This document shows, in pieces, positions 20,082-28,252 of a DNA stretch of 64,000 nt. Under the pieces are notes generated by a model that was given only the letters and a program-made list of their open reading frames with translations, was not told where the DNA came from and ran no database searches. This stretch comes from an uncultured Candidatus Saccharibacteria bacterium (GTDB lineage: Bacteria; Patescibacteriota; Saccharimonadia; Saccharimonadales; JAGQNJ01). Both the position numbers and the translations under genes were made by a program. The stretch covers positions 88,650 through 152,649 of the forward strand of contig CAZNZL010000002.1 of assembly GCA_964577565.1 (NCBI GenBank), given 5' to 3'. How positions within the stretch are numbered: the stretch's first letter is position 1; each line of letters opens with the position of its first letter.

Positions 20082-21128
20082 CTACAGTCCGCCCCCTATC
20101 GCCTGAGAAATAACCATAACAAGCCCTATTATAATAAGTGCAAATGTTGCAACTATCCTAAAGTAAGACCAAATGGCTCGCAGCTCAGAGCTATCGTACA
20201 GATTCTGACCATCTACATTAAGCAACGAATCAGCTATATCAAAGAGACTCGTTATACCATCAGACACGAGCTCTAAAATACCACAGACAATCCAGCCGGC
20301 GCTAAGACCCATTCTTTCGGTACATGACTGAGCTTGTTCTGAAGTGCTTTCATCGGCTCTAATGTCATACTTACCCCTGGGAGCTTCAATAACTATGTTA
20401 AGAATTTCTGAAGATTTTTTTATGGCAGGTATACATTTATCAGCTACAACCGAACAAAGCTGATACGTGCCGGGATTTATATTGTCAAAGTTAGCGGTGT
20501 AGGCGACGCCGTCAGGGGTTGTTCGGCGGTTGGCCTGCTTGCGTGCGACTTCTGCACCACTTGAATTTTTTAAAGTTAATGTATCAGATGCCGGGGCCTT
20601 TGAGGCATCGATTGCATCCAGTCCCGAGTCTGTTAAATCCGCCCCCTCCCAGTCTATGAGACTAGTTGCTCTTATGATCTTTGTCTCCGGATTGTCGACA
20701 TTACTATTTGATCTATTTAGTGTAACGGGCGCATTCGAGAACTCTGAAATTACATTTTGTGGACAGGCAGGTACTTGAGAACTTGTGCCATTTCCAATAG
20801 AGTTTAAGGTTCTGGGTTGAGTTAATGTTACCCCTGCAGTATTTCCATTAGGGGGCACGAATATGCTAATAAACATCCCACACCTTGAATTGCCGTTAAC
20901 GAGACCTTGCACCAGTGCACCCTCGCCAGCATAAATACCAGCATTGCTGCTCTTTAGGTTGCCAAAAGTATCCCCCCCTATTGTAAGCCTGATAGTACTA
21001 GAGTCTACGAACGTTGCTGACATGTTTGGGGCAGCATGAATTGAACCACGTAATATGAGTGGGGATAAAAAATTAAACAGTAGTAAAGCCACCGAAGTAA
21101 GGAGGGAGGTTGTTTTTTTTATTTTCAT
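20082..21128 (-). CDS. Secreted protein with a C-terminal membrane anchor (348 aa), first gene of the minus-strand T4SS-like operon
   Basis: N-terminal signal peptide (TSLLTSVALLLFNFLSPLILRGSIHA) and a C-terminal TM helix (VATFALIIIGLVMVISQAIGG). Confidence 0.4.
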   Translation of the reverse strand: MKIKKTTSLLTSVALLLFNFLSPLILRGSIHAAPNMSATFVDSSTIRLTIGGDTFGNLKSSNAGIYAGEGALVQGLVNGNSRCGMFISIFVPPNGNTAGVTLTQPRTLNSIGNGTSSQVPACPQNVISEFSNAPVTLNRSNSNVDNPETKIIRATSLIDWEGADLTDSGLDAIDASKAPASDTLTLKNSSGAEVARKQANRRTTPDGVAYTANFDNINPGTYQLCSVVADKCIPAIKKSSEILNIVIEAPRGKYDIRADESTSEQAQSCTERMGLSAGWIVCGILELVSDGITSLFDIADSLLNVDGQNLYDSSELRAIWSYFRIVATFALIIIGLVMVISQAIGGGL

Positions 21129-21251
21129 TATTGCCCACGCTGATTATCAAAAAAAAGCTTAAGTCGCACAAACATAGCATACCATAAATACGATGTAAAT
21201 AGTCCCTACTTTTATAATCTATCCTGGCAATGATAGAATACTTATTAATGT

Positions 21252-21713
21252 ATGCAGCCCGTAGCCCACAACAGTAATTCTCCAAACAACGCAAAAAAAA
21301 TCATCATTATAATGATGATTTTGGGCTTGCTCATCGCAAGTCTAACAATATTTTTTATTCAGCAAACCAATAAAAGCAAAACAGTTCCATCAGAGCACGT
21401 TCCAGCGCTTGAGTACATTAATCAGTTTAACTCATTTATGGTAAATGACCCAGATAAAGCGTATGAAGAGATCGAGGGTCGTTTCCGGCCAGAGCGACAG
21501 TTATTCAATGCAAGCGCCAGCTTTTTTAGGAGTGATATAGAAATTAACAAATGTAAGTACAAGGACGCAAAGGATTATTTTGATCAAGTCACTGAGGTAA
21601 CCATCTCCTGTCCGTTAAGAAACAACCAGCCCAGTGTAGCCATTGAATATCAAGTTAGTAAGTCAACAGACAATAGTTTATCTATATTAAGTTATGAATT
21701 CGCTGCAGACTAA
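21252..21713 (+). CDS. Small membrane-anchored hypothetical protein
   Basis: N-terminal TM segment (IIIIMMILGLLIASLTIFFI). First gene of the plus-strand set, divergent from the T4SS operon. Confidence 0.4.
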   Translation: MQPVAHNSNSPNNAKKIIIIMMILGLLIASLTIFFIQQTNKSKTVPSEHVPALEYINQFNSFMVNDPDKAYEEIEGRFRPERQLFNASASFFRSDIEINKCKYKDAKDYFDQVTEVTISCPLRNNQPSVAIEYQVSKSTDNSLSILSYEFAAD

Positions 21714-21801
21714 GCGGCAACCAAGCTTTAAATAAGTAAACATTGTCTGTGGTTGAAAAAAATGGTATTCTAAATCAGAAATTAGCGTAAATCCAAAAAT
21801 T

Positions 21802-22281
21802 GTGAAAAGTCTAACAAAAAAACTAGCCTCGGCAAAAAAAATGTTATTCGTAGCCACTCTACTTATTACTTTTAGCTTTTTAGTGATTTGGAGTAGCGAT
21901 ACGACCGGAGCCCAAAGCAACAACATACCCTCCGGCGGTAACGTGAATTCTCAAAACCCCGACCCAGGCCTGCCGATAAATACAGATAGATCAGCTATCG
22001 TTGATTGTAATGGAGATACCGCAAGCGGGGCCAAGAGGTGTCTAGAGAAAAACCCATTAGTGCAGCGCACCTTACAAGGTATTAACTTTTTGTCGGCTGG
22101 TGCGGGTGTTGTTATTACGGCATCTATAGTCATAGCGGGCATTCAATATGCCGCAGCTGGCCCGAACCCACAACAGGTTGCTGCAGCCAGAAAACGTATT
22201 ATTAGCTCGATTGTTGCCTTGCTTGCGCTGCTTTTCTTATACGCATTTTTGCAATGGCTCGTGCCCGGAGGAGTGATCTAA
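21802..22281 (+). CDS. VirB2/TrbC-like T4SS pilin paralog 1
   Basis: N-terminal signal/anchor, a Cys pair (VDCNGDTASGAKRCLEKN), and a C-terminal double hydrophobic helix (GINFLSAGAGVVITASIVIAGIQYAAAG...IISSIVALLALLFLYAF). Confidence 0.55.
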   Translation: MKSLTKKLASAKKMLFVATLLITFSFLVIWSSDTTGAQSNNIPSGGNVNSQNPDPGLPINTDRSAIVDCNGDTASGAKRCLEKNPLVQRTLQGINFLSAGAGVVITASIVIAGIQYAAAGPNPQQVAAARKRIISSIVALLALLFLYAFLQWLVPGGVI

Positions 22282-22670
22282 TGCTATACACACTTATTTC
22301 TTTCTTTGCCGCTGCTGGTGACGGCTGTCTGCCTGCTAATTCGGCGAAAAGCTTTTTTGGTCTGCCCCCCTGGTTTAAATATTTAAAGGGCGAGGAAGAT
22401 CAGTTTGGTAGGTGTGTCCCGGTTTTTGGTTGGGACAATCTAGAGTCGTTATGGTCCATTGCGCTGGTAGCGATAGAAATTTTACTCCGTATCGGTGCCT
22501 TGGTGGCGCTGGGGTATATAATATTTGCTGGATTTCAATATATTACTAGTAGTGGCGAACCCGATAAAACCAAGAATGCCAAAACTACCATAATCAACGC
22601 TTTGGTTGGGCTCGTGATTGCTATTTTATCTAGTTATATTGTGTCATTTATCGGGAGTCAAATAACGTAA
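22281..22670 (+). CDS. VirB2/TrbC-like T4SS pilin paralog 2
   Basis: Shares the C-terminal block ...AGFQYITSSGEPDKTKNAKTTIINALVGLVIAIL with paralogs 3-6. Start placed at the ATG with RBS GGAGGAG (22281); the ORF track extends it to 22254. Confidence 0.6.
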   Translation: MLYTLISFFAAAGDGCLPANSAKSFFGLPPWFKYLKGEEDQFGRCVPVFGWDNLESLWSIALVAIEILLRIGALVALGYIIFAGFQYITSSGEPDKTKNAKTTIINALVGLVIAILSSYIVSFIGSQIT

Positions 22671-22675
22671 TAGTT

Positions 22676-22972
22676 ATGAAAAACATTGTATTTTTACTTG
22701 CGCAGCAAATTGTTGACCCGAGCTTGGTAAATATTCCTAAACCGGATGCCAGTGACGGGCAAGTTCAGACCGTTATTAGGCTTGTCATGATGATAGCTGC
22801 TGCGGTAGCGGTACTTATGGTGGTGATTGGTGGTCTGATGTATGTAACTTCAAATGGCGAACCTCAAAGAGCAGCCCGGGCTAAGGACACAATTTTATAC
22901 GCCATCATTGGCCTGGTTGTGGCTATAATGTCAAACGTAATTGTGATGTTTGTACTAGGGAGAGCTGTCTAA
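22676..22972 (+). CDS. VirB2/TrbC-like T4SS pilin paralog 3
   Basis: C-terminal block VIGGLMYVTSNGEPQRAARAKDTILYAIIGLVVAIMSNVIV. Confidence 0.6.
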   Translation: MKNIVFLLAQQIVDPSLVNIPKPDASDGQVQTVIRLVMMIAAAVAVLMVVIGGLMYVTSNGEPQRAARAKDTILYAIIGLVVAIMSNVIVMFVLGRAV

Positions 22973-23356
22973 ATGAAACGGTTGCTCATAAAGCTGTCGT
23001 TAATAGCAACTGTCTGCGCTTCTTTGGTAGCGGTCCCGCTGGTTCATGCAGACGATCCGCTTGAGGCGGTTTGTAAAGGACCCCAAGCTTCTTCGTCTGC
23101 ATGCGTAAGCCGCACCAATCAAAACCCTGTGTTGGGGCCAGACGGAGTTCTCACCAAAGTCATTAAGATTCTGGTTATTGTTACCGCTGCGGCATCGGTA
23201 ATTATGATGATGGTCGGTGGTTTTCGCTACGCTATTTCAGCCGGCGACCCTTCAAATATCAATGCAGCAAAAAACACCATATTGTATGCGATTGTAGGCC
23301 TCATTATTGCAATAATTGCACAGTCTATCGTTTCATTTGTTATTAGTCGGCTTTAG
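22973..23356 (+). CDS. VirB2/TrbC-like T4SS pilin paralog 4
   Basis: Signal peptide, a Cys pair (AVCKGPQASSSACVSRT), and the C-terminal block MVGGFRYAISAGDPSNINAAKNTILYAIVGLIIAIIAQSIV. Confidence 0.65.
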   Translation: MKRLLIKLSLIATVCASLVAVPLVHADDPLEAVCKGPQASSSACVSRTNQNPVLGPDGVLTKVIKILVIVTAAASVIMMMVGGFRYAISAGDPSNINAAKNTILYAIVGLIIAIIAQSIVSFVISRL

Positions 23357-23383
23357 TTTTATAATAATACGAGAGGAACCAAA

Positions 23384-23767
23384 ATGATAAAAAAATTGAC
23401 ACTTCTAACCACAACAATGATTTCTTTGTTTGCTTTTTTATTTGCACCTATGGTCGTTCAAACCGCGTACGCAGCCGACAACAAGGAAGCCGCGTGCGAG
23501 GGGCTAGAGCTAACCGGTAGAGGTTGTGATGGTACTGCCGATGCTACCATTAATAACGTTATCAAGGTGGTAATTGACATATTCTCAGTCGTTGTGGGCG
23601 TAACTGCGGTGATTATGATTATGGTCGGTGGCTTTAAGTACATTGTGTCATCAGGTGATTCAAGCAATGTTAACAGTGCAAAAAATACGATTCTTTATGC
23701 ACTGGTTGGCTTAGTTATCGTAGTGCTTGCTCAGGTAATTGTACGGTTTGTATTGGGCCGCCTTTAG
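23384..23767 (+). CDS. VirB2/TrbC-like T4SS pilin paralog 5
   Basis: Signal peptide, a Cys pair (AACEGLELTGRGCDG), and the C-terminal block MVGGFKYIVSSGDSSNVNSAKNTILYALVGLVIVVLAQVIV. Confidence 0.65.
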   Translation: MIKKLTLLTTTMISLFAFLFAPMVVQTAYAADNKEAACEGLELTGRGCDGTADATINNVIKVVIDIFSVVVGVTAVIMIMVGGFKYIVSSGDSSNVNSAKNTILYALVGLVIVVLAQVIVRFVLGRL

Positions 23768-23842
23768 GTAAATAAACTTGAAAAACGCTACCGTCTTGTA
23801 GTACAGTGAAGGCAAATAGAATATGAAAGGAATCTCTCTATA

Positions 23843-24259
23843 ATGAAACGACTTAAAGAATACATTTTGTCACTTGCAGTAAGCGGATTATTGTTTGTGC
23901 CAGTTTTTGCATTTGCTGGTGTAGCGTCTGCTCAGACACCTAGTATTGAGGGTGGATTGCAGCGCGGTACATGCTTAAGTACGACAGCCACCGACTGTGA
24001 TACCCAAGATCCCGACGATTCTATAAACAACATCATAACCACAGTTATTAATATATTCTCGCTTGTTGTGGGTGTCGTATCCGTCATTATGATTATTGTC
24101 GGCGGGTTGAAGTACATAACATCTGGTGGTGACTCTGGTAACGTGAGTGGTGCCAAAAATACCATTCTGTACGCCATTGTTGGTCTTGTCATTGTAGCCT
24201 TAGCGCAAGTAATTGTACGCTTTGTCCTCGGCCGTGTTACTGAACCATCCGGCGTGTAA
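23843..24259 (+). CDS. VirB2/TrbC-like T4SS pilin paralog 6
   Basis: Signal peptide, a Cys pair (GTCLSTTATDCDTQD), and the C-terminal block IVGGLKYITSGGDSGNVSGAKNTILYAIVGLVIVALAQVIV. Confidence 0.65.
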   Translation: MKRLKEYILSLAVSGLLFVPVFAFAGVASAQTPSIEGGLQRGTCLSTTATDCDTQDPDDSINNIITTVINIFSLVVGVVSVIMIIVGGLKYITSGGDSGNVSGAKNTILYAIVGLVIVALAQVIVRFVLGRVTEPSGV

Positions 24260-24274
24260 TAGTTCTTACCGAAA

Positions 24275-24306
24275 TAAAAAAGCCCCCTCGACGAAGGGGC
24301 TTTTTA
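24275..24306. terminator. Bidirectional intrinsic terminator
   Basis: AAAAAA-GCCCCT-cgacga-AGGGGC-TTTTT lies between convergent genes (pilin paralog 6 on plus, hsp20 on minus). Confidence 0.75.
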
Positions 24307-24327
24307 AATTGCTTTAGACCTTTCTGT

Positions 24328-24825
24328 TTACAAAACCTGAATCTTCTTTACAGTGTCTTGCTTGACTTTGGTAAATGAAATCGTCAGTACACCGTCTTTT
24401 AGTACGGCTTCAATTTCATCTTCTTTGACGGCTATGGGCAGGGCAAGACTTCGCGAAAACTCGCCCCAATAACACTCTTGAACAAAGTAATTAATAACAT
24501 CTTCTTCGTTGCCCGCAGAAAGCGTACCACGAATACTTAAGGTGTTATCAGCAATACTTACATCGAGGTCACTCTTGTTGACGCCAGCGGTACGAGCCTT
24601 AACAACTAGCTTCTCTTTTGTTTCATACACGTCAACTGCTAACTGGCCAGGAACAGCCTCTTCTTCATCCCACTCGTCGTTTGGTGCTACTGGTGTTTGT
24701 CCTTGGGCGTCATCACCCTGTTGCCCCTGGGCCGCATTATCGTCAACAAAATCGTCCTCACCCAAGAATGCAGCCGTAAGCTCATCTTCCATCAACAAAT
24801 CATCATCTTGTTGCTTACGCGCCAT
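24328..24825 (-). CDS. Hsp20/alpha-crystallin family small heat shock protein
   Basis: Alpha-crystallin domain (AVDVYETKEKLVVKARTAGV...LPIAVKEDEIEAVLKDGVLTISFTK) preceded by an acidic N-terminal extension. Confidence 0.85.
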   Translation of the reverse strand: MARKQQDDDLLMEDELTAAFLGEDDFVDDNAAQGQQGDDAQGQTPVAPNDEWDEEEAVPGQLAVDVYETKEKLVVKARTAGVNKSDLDVSIADNTLSIRGTLSAGNEEDVINYFVQECYWGEFSRSLALPIAVKEDEIEAVLKDGVLTISFTKVKQDTVKKIQVL

Positions 24826-24957
24826 AGTTGTTACCCTCCACTATGTATACTATATTATTTGTACGGTCATGTTTTTGTCTTACCTGCAAGTATAGACTAA
24901 GCAAACAACAATAAGCAACATGCGCCCCAATATTTACAACAGAATAATCACAACATT

Positions 24958-25623
24958 ATGATTCCATCCCTGTTACGCTTAATCGCACCCGATGATTGCC
25001 TACAATGCGGCAATGAGGGCGAGTTATGGTGCCAATGGTGCCGGCTCGACTATGATTATTTGCCAAGCAGGTGTTTTCGGTGTCACACCATGACCCGAGA
25101 CTTTGATGTGTGTGCCTCGTGCCGTAAGGCGGTTGGTCTTAAACAGGTGTATGTTGCGTTTGAATATAAAGGAATCATCAAAGAGCTTATTTACGCACTT
25201 AAGTTTAAAAGTAAGCGGCAGACAGCAGAAATAATTGCTAGAGTATTGCATGAAATTTTGCCGCTTCAAAATCCCGGCACGATTATTATAAACGTACCCA
25301 CATCCAGGTCACGGGTTCGCCAACGTGGTTTTGATCAAACAGAATTAATTGCTCGAAAGCTAGCGCGTGAGCAAAAACTTCAATACATCCCTGCCTTATT
25401 GAGGCACGGTAATATACGACAAGTAGGTGCCTCAAAACAACAACGCCAAGCTCAGGTTAGCGGGTTGTATGCACTGCGGCCACGTGCTGATATCAAAGGC
25501 AAAGACATATTATTAATTGATGACGTTGTTACGACTGGTGCAACGTTGGCTGAGGCTTCGAGGGTACTGCGACGAGCGGGCGCAAAATCAATTACCTGCG
25601 CCGTCTTCGCCTATACTAAATAA
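24958..25623 (+). CDS. comFC: ComF family phosphoribosyltransferase-domain protein
   Basis: N-terminal Cys-rich zinc finger (CLQCGNEG...CQWCR...CFRCHT) and a C-terminal PRTase motif ILLIDDVVTTGATLAEASRVL. Confidence 0.75.
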   Translation: MIPSLLRLIAPDDCLQCGNEGELWCQWCRLDYDYLPSRCFRCHTMTRDFDVCASCRKAVGLKQVYVAFEYKGIIKELIYALKFKSKRQTAEIIARVLHEILPLQNPGTIIINVPTSRSRVRQRGFDQTELIARKLAREQKLQYIPALLRHGNIRQVGASKQQRQAQVSGLYALRPRADIKGKDILLIDDVVTTGATLAEASRVLRRAGAKSITCAVFAYTK

Positions 25624-25641
25624 TAGTTGACAAGTAAATAG

Positions 25642-26346
25642 TTGAGTAGTAAACTAATAACGGAAGGAGGTATTTTGAAGTTTAAGTTAAAGCAAACGTA
25701 TTTATATAAGCTCCATACGCTAACTAATTCGTTAGACAAAGCGTTTGATCAGGTGCTCAAAGAGCGATGTTCTATAGGATTGGCGCAGTTTATGTTGCTG
25801 CTTATGGTAAAACAACTCAACTCCCCTAGCCAACGAGAACTGGCACTTGAGCTCGAACAAACACCCGGAGCGATTAGTCGGCAGGTTGAAGTTTGTAAAT
25901 CAAGGGGTTGGTTAAAAGTTAAAGAAAACCCTCAAGACAGACGCGAACAATACATTGTGCTTACAAACTCAGGCAAAAGCAAGCTCACAACTTCTTTAAA
26001 AATCCTTAAAAAGCACCTTTTCACAATTTTTGAGAGCAGTGATGGGCATATGACGCTCATGGCGCACATCGATGCACTACAGAGTAATATTGCAAGCGTC
26101 ACAAACGATACATTTAAAGTAAGAAAGGAGCCAACTATGGCAGAACAAGTTCCTAAAGCAAAGCAATTATTTAGAGGTGATATTAACGATGCGGTTATTC
26201 GGGTACAAAAGGCCACCGGTGTTGAGATTACGCCATCGTGGTGGAACGCGAACGTCGGTAACGATGGCTCAACCGAACAAATCCTCGAACGATTTGATAA
26301 TGCTTACGCAAAGCTCATGGCTGAAAAAACCAAGCCAAAGCAGTAA
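25642..26346 (+). CDS. MarR-family winged-helix transcriptional regulator with an extra C-terminal domain
   Basis: wHTH segment SPSQRELALELEQTPGAISRQVEVCKSRGWLKVKENPQDRREQYIVLTNSGKS. A likely alternative in-frame TTG start at 25675 is preceded by GGAGG. Confidence 0.6.
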   Translation: MSSKLITEGGILKFKLKQTYLYKLHTLTNSLDKAFDQVLKERCSIGLAQFMLLLMVKQLNSPSQRELALELEQTPGAISRQVEVCKSRGWLKVKENPQDRREQYIVLTNSGKSKLTTSLKILKKHLFTIFESSDGHMTLMAHIDALQSNIASVTNDTFKVRKEPTMAEQVPKAKQLFRGDINDAVIRVQKATGVEITPSWWNANVGNDGSTEQILERFDNAYAKLMAEKTKPKQ

Positions 26347-26380
26347 TTTGCCAATATCTCCCCAAAAAGTAAGTTTTACA

Positions 26381-26406
26381 TTCTAACATTCTTAAGAATG
26401 TTAGAA
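26381..26406. promoter_or_regulatory. Perfect 26-bp palindrome TTCTAACATTCTTAAGAATGTTAGAA
   Basis: Read directly from the sequence. It lies between the MarR-like gene (plus) and tRNA-Ser (minus) and has no T-tract. Either an operator-like site or an atypical bidirectional terminator. Confidence 0.4.
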
Positions 26407-26420
26407 CTTGTGATTACGCT

Positions 26421-26511
26421 GGCGGAGGGGGTGGGATTCGAACCCACGAGACCCGTTAGGGCCTGCTGGTTTTCAAGACCAGTGCACTAGGCCGGACTAT
26501 GCGACCCCTCC
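26421..26511 (-). tRNA. tRNA-Ser (anticodon TGA), class II with long variable arm
   Basis: Reverse complement folds as GGAGGGG...CTGGT-CTTGAAA-ACCAG...long variable arm...GGTTCGAATCC...CCCCTCCGCCA. The CCA end appears to be encoded. Confidence 0.85.
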
Positions 26512-27027
26512 AACTTTGTTTGCTCTAAGAATGTAGTGTTGTTCCAAATGGCAGTTGGGACACAGCAGCTTTAAATTATTTGGATCATTGTTTGTCCTGT
26601 CTCTGTTAATATGGTGAATGTGTAATATATCCACCCTATTATAACCACATAATTCACACATATTTCCTCGAACTTTAATGATTCTTGCGCGAATCGCTTT
26701 TTGTGTTTCTAGTTGATCATATGGACGTTCAACTTTGTATTTCATACCCGCTCTATTTTTGTTTGAGCACTCTCTACTACAAGTCTTCTTGTTTAAGCCA
26801 GCTAGAAATGGTTTATTACAAATAATGCACGGTTTCTCTTTCCTGCATGATTTTCCATAACATGCCATACTACAAAAAACCCTACCTTTGCTATTTTTTA
26901 TCTCTACAGGTCTTTTGTATATTGGTTTGGCACAAAAAATACACTCAATATTTGGTTTCCTGATATAACGTTCGCTCACTAAGTCAGTATGCCAGGTTTT
27001 TAATGTGCGGAGCGGGAGGGATGACAA
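26497..27027 (-). CDS. HNH endonuclease (His-Me finger) with Cys-rich zinc-binding modules
   Basis: C-terminal HIHHINRDRTNNDPNNLKLLCPNCHLEQH is the HNH motif, and multiple CxxC pairs lie upstream. The last ~5 codons run into the 5' end of tRNA-Ser(TGA), so the true stop and expression are uncertain. Confidence 0.7.
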   Translation of the reverse strand: MSSLPLRTLKTWHTDLVSERYIRKPNIECIFCAKPIYKRPVEIKNSKGRVFCSMACYGKSCRKEKPCIICNKPFLAGLNKKTCSRECSNKNRAGMKYKVERPYDQLETQKAIRARIIKVRGNMCELCGYNRVDILHIHHINRDRTNNDPNNLKLLCPNCHLEQHYILRANKVGGVA

Positions 27028-27177
27028 CGTCTACAGCCATGCTCTCCGTCAACTGACGGATGCGCGTGGCTTTGATGAGCGCACCACTCGCTCACCATCG
27101 GCTCCGCCGCTGACCGCGAGGAACCGTATCCTACCACATCATTATTTTTACAATGACCTGCGGTCATTTCAAAATAT

Positions 27178-27270
27178 TGGCGGAGAGGGAGGGATTCGAA
27201 CCCTCGCGGGAGATTGCTCCCCCCTAACGATTTAGCAAACCGTCCCCTTCAGCCACTTGGGTACCTCTCC
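27178..27270 (-). tRNA. tRNA-Ser (anticodon GCT), class II
   Basis: Reverse complement GGAGAGGTACCCAAGTGGCTGAAGGGGACGGTTTGCTAAATCGTT...long arm...GGTTCGAATCCCTCCCTCTCCGCCA. Confidence 0.85.
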
Positions 27271-27569
27271 TCGTCAGAACCGACGGTCACCTTCCACAAA
27301 AGTTTTTAAACCAACTTTTGTTTCTCGCTTTGGTCGCTTCTTCCTCTCAGTTTTCCAAACGGTCAAATCGGCTGTAGCCGCTCCTTCATTTGAAAAACTG
27401 GGTTAAAAAGCCACTAAATACAAAAAATGCTTTATAAATCCATTGCTTTTTGGTATCAACATAGCAAGCACGCTATAACAGAGGTAAATTATACCATTCA
27501 TTCTTAATAAAGACAATTCATCTCTTCTCTGCTTTGGTTTCCTAATCATAAACCGGTAAAATGTAACTA

Positions 27570-28250
27570 ATGGATGCAGAAATCAGAAAGCGCACACAGC
27601 TTAAACTTTTTATAACCCAATTCTTGTTACCACAACCTATTGAGTTGCTCATTTACTTGTTTGTGAGCCTGCTAATACTGTTAATCACAACTAACCGCGT
27701 GTTGTTACAGATATTATCTGGCAGCAGCCCGGTGCCTGAGGCGGGTATCTCTGAGGTGCTCTCTCAGCGAGCCGACAGTTTTGATCAATTGTTGGCAATT
27801 CCTATATTGGGCCGAGTAGTCTTGTTCTTATTTTGGTTGGCGATTGGTAGCGTAGTATACATGTTGGTGTGGGTGTTTCAGAATATGGCGGTAGAGGTTT
27901 ATGATGATTTAACCTTGGCAAAGATAACCGACCCGCGAGCGCGCCAAGCCGCCAGTGAGGAGCTGCAAGAAGAATCAGAAGACGGTGGTTGGTGGGGCAC
28001 CACGCTGGCACATACAATTTTTGTTGGCTCGGGCGTAATTTTGTTTCTCTTCTTTTTGATTATTGCGGTTAACGGGCTGTTGCCGTTGTGGTCACAACTG
28101 TTTCAAATTGGTTTGCAATCAATAGGCCAGCTGGCCAGCGTGCTTAAAATAATTATGTCATTACTGGGCACAATGGTGATGGTGCATGTTTTTGTGTTAT
28201 TTTGGAAGTTCTTTTTTAGACTTAAAGGCTACGTTTTCAACTCATTTTAG
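27570..28250 (+). CDS. Polytopic membrane protein, hypothetical
   Basis: Several predicted TM helices (LIYLFVSLLILLITT; VVLFLFWLAIGSVVYMLVWVF; FVGSGVILFLFFLIIAVNGLL; LLGTMVMVHVFVLFWKFFF). Confidence 0.5.
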   Translation: MDAEIRKRTQLKLFITQFLLPQPIELLIYLFVSLLILLITTNRVLLQILSGSSPVPEAGISEVLSQRADSFDQLLAIPILGRVVLFLFWLAIGSVVYMLVWVFQNMAVEVYDDLTLAKITDPRARQAASEELQEESEDGGWWGTTLAHTIFVGSGVILFLFFLIIAVNGLLPLWSQLFQIGLQSIGQLASVLKIIMSLLGTMVMVHVFVLFWKFFFRLKGYVFNSF

Positions 28251-28252
28251 CC

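Noticed and set aside
27005-27235. Plus-strand 76-aa ORF.
   Set aside because: It overlaps the HNH start and tRNA-Ser(GCT) on the opposite strand, and its translation includes antisense tRNA sequence (GGIRTLAGD).
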